Shown here: in pieces, positions 62,400 through 64,000 of the stretch | Position numbering within the stretch: the first letter of the stretch is position 1 | Layout of the letters: every line of letters begins with the position of its first letter | Assembly (NCBI GenBank): GCA_945883545.1 | Contig: CAMCXT010000011.1 | Span: forward strand, 2,652-66,651 | Length of the DNA stretch: 64,000 nt | DNA from: Chitinophaga pinensis | Lineage (GTDB): Bacteria > Bacteroidota > Bacteroidia > M30B66 | Reading direction: 5' to 3' | Notes under the pieces: model-generated | Told to the model about the DNA's origin: nothing | What the model saw: the letters and a program-made list of their open reading frames with translations, nothing else | The model's database searches: none | Translations under genes and position numbers: made by a program

Positions 62400-63134
62400 T
62401 TAAATAGCTGTTAGGTTTCCTGTTGAATGAGATAATTCCTTGATCAACATTCGTTTTGCGATGGGCAAATAAGTTTCTTCCACTGGAATATTTAAGGTGC
62501 AACTAAAAAAGTAGGTAGCGGGATTTGGGATTTCCTTGTTGTTCCTAATTAAATCTGCTTTTATCTCAGGTGCAGTATTTACCAATGTAGACGAATATTT
62601 TGCTATTTCTCTGGTGTGAATAGCTCTAAACTTTTCTTCGTTGTCCTCGAAAATACTCACAGCATATTCATAAACTCGAATCTCAGATGGCTGATTTATC
62701 TTCAAAATCATGTAGCCTTCATTTTGTCGAAGTGGCACTAACCCAATTGGCTCTAGTTTCAATTGATTCTCTATTTTTTCATAAACAGACTTTCCAATGT
62801 TGAGCTTGGTTTCCAATTTCGGCAATGAAAAACTGATAATTCTTTCCAACTCATCCATCAACTGATCATTTTCAACAACACTTCTGTACGATATTTTGAA
62901 GCGCTCAAAGTCCAATCCTGATAACTCTCCCGGAAACGATTGATACAATTGTTTTGTGCCGTCTCTTAACAACTTTAGTTTTCTATAATGACTAATCAAT
63001 TCCGCCAAGCTTGGATACAGTAATTGCTGCTTGAAATGTTGTTCAACATCTTCAAGGTAGGCCAACAGTATGTACTGCTTATATTCAAGATCGATAAGGT
63101 TCTCAGTGAGCCAATTTTCGCTAAGTTTTTTCAT
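62400..63134 (-). CDS. Hypothetical cytoplasmic protein
   Basis: 244-aa ORF, no signal peptide; IDLEYKQYILLAYL, PIGLVPL..EGY, ETYLPIAKR. Confidence 0.7.
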   Translation of the reverse strand: MKKLSENWLTENLIDLEYKQYILLAYLEDVEQHFKQQLLYPSLAELISHYRKLKLLRDGTKQLYQSFPGELSGLDFERFKISYRSVVENDQLMDELERIISFSLPKLETKLNIGKSVYEKIENQLKLEPIGLVPLRQNEGYMILKINQPSEIRVYEYAVSIFEDNEEKFRAIHTREIAKYSSTLVNTAPEIKADLIRNNKEIPNPATYFFSCTLNIPVEETYLPIAKRMLIKELSHSTGNLTAI

Positions 63135-63307
63135 CCCCCCAACTATTTATCTATTTAACGACTGTCCTACTTTTAAGTTGCACGACATCATTTGCGAGTC
63201 TTGAGGTGACTGCACGACAATGTCAACCGTATAATGTTTATTTCTTGTAGGATTGTGCTTCATTAATGCCTTAGTTTATCGGTAGGTTTGCATCATTACT
63301 TTAAGTT

Positions 63308-64000
63308 ATGATCAAGAAAACAGGTTACTTTTTAGGGATTTTTGTGCTTTTAATTTTGCAGGCATGTGTTAGTGGGCGGCAATTTGAAGAAATGAAAGCT
63401 GCCAGAGAAAAGTGCGACAGCGAACTGTCTGAACTGAAATCTCGCTATGAAACATTTACTGCCAAAGAAAAGGAGCTCAATGTTCGTGTCGAAGAGTTAG
63501 GCCGTCAAGTGAAAGCACTTACGTCCGATACTTCAAATCATGGAAGATCATTCAGAAGGTTAAACACTGCTTATGAACGACTTAATGCGACTTACGATCA
63601 ATTGCTTGAAAACAACAATAAGTTGATGGAAGGCAAAGATGCAGACAACAAGAAACTCATGGGGCAGTACCAACTTACTCAAGAGGAATTGCAGAAGAAG
63701 GAAGATAGGCTTAGAATTCTTGAAGCTGATCTAGATAAACGATCAGCCGACATTCAGCGTTTGAGTATGGAAATGAAAGCTGCAGAGGAAGCAATAAAAA
63801 TAAAGGAAGATCGTGTGAATGAATTAGAAAATGTACTTGCGGCAAAAGATTCAGCCATGAAGGAACTTCGAAACAAGGTCTCGGACGCTTTGTTAGGTTT
63901 TCAAGACAACGGACTTTCAGTGAGCATGAAAAACGGGAAAGTTTACGTTTCACTTGAAGAGAGACTTTTGTTTGAGTCTGGCAGTACTGTGGTTGATGCC
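63308..64000 (+). CDS. OmpA/MotB-family lipoprotein with coiled coil (runs off window end), not in ORF track
   Basis: Manual translation MIKKTGYFLGIFVLLILQACVSGRQFEE..., coiled coil, then GKVYVSLEERLLFESGS; TAGGTTTG at 63283-63290. Confidence 0.82.
   Translation, partial: MIKKTGYFLGIFVLLILQACVSGRQFEEMKAAREKCDSELSELKSRYETFTAKEKELNVRVEELGRQVKALTSDTSNHGRSFRRLNTAYERLNATYDQLLENNNKLMEGKDADNKKLMGQYQLTQEELQKKEDRLRILEADLDKRSADIQRLSMEMKAAEEAIKIKEDRVNELENVLAAKDSAMKELRNKVSDALLGFQDNGLSVSMKNGKVYVSLEERLLFESGSTVVDA

Noticed and set aside
63135..63140. G6 tract immediately before an ATG as a phase-variation site
   Set aside because: Too short and outside the reading frame; there is an in-frame stop just upstream.
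63255..63272. Second sigma-54-like site on the minus strand (AGGCATTAATGAAGCA)
   Set aside because: GG-N10-GC spacing fits, but both the TGGCAC and TTGC boxes are degenerate.
63711..63953. 80-aa minus-strand ORF
   Set aside because: Antisense to the MotB-like lipoprotein, which the ORF track missed because it has no stop in the window.

Overview
Core-genome window of a Bacteroidota bacterium. The lineage call rests on TTG-N19-TAnnTTTG promoters, the rpsL-rpsG-fusA-rpsJ order without tuf, the rplQ-carA-eno order and T9SS cargo proteins. Bases 1-19.6 kb (minus strand) hold the str/S10/spc/alpha ribosomal-protein supercluster followed by carA and eno. The rest is housekeeping and envelope genes: pcrA, murA, grpE-dnaJ, an ABC exporter, pheT/pheS, recR, ppx, an NtrC-type regulator, lgt, mtaB, tRNA-Glu-rpsT, rnhB and futalosine-pathway mqnE plus a UbiA/mqnP-like gene. 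Four T9SS-secreted proteins (two are M43 proteases) and a lipoprotein + beta-barrel/TSP3/OmpA gene pair are interspersed. No mobile elements, CRISPR arrays, rRNA or defence systems were seen. Most notable signals: (i) the lipoprotein + barrel-TSP3-OmpA module, (ii) a terminator plus new promoter splitting the S10 operon between rpsC and rplP, (iii) a consensus sigma-54 promoter before grpE-dnaJ together with an HTH-less sigma-54 activator, and (iv) apparently leaderless genes. All family assignments are motif recognition by eye, not database searches.
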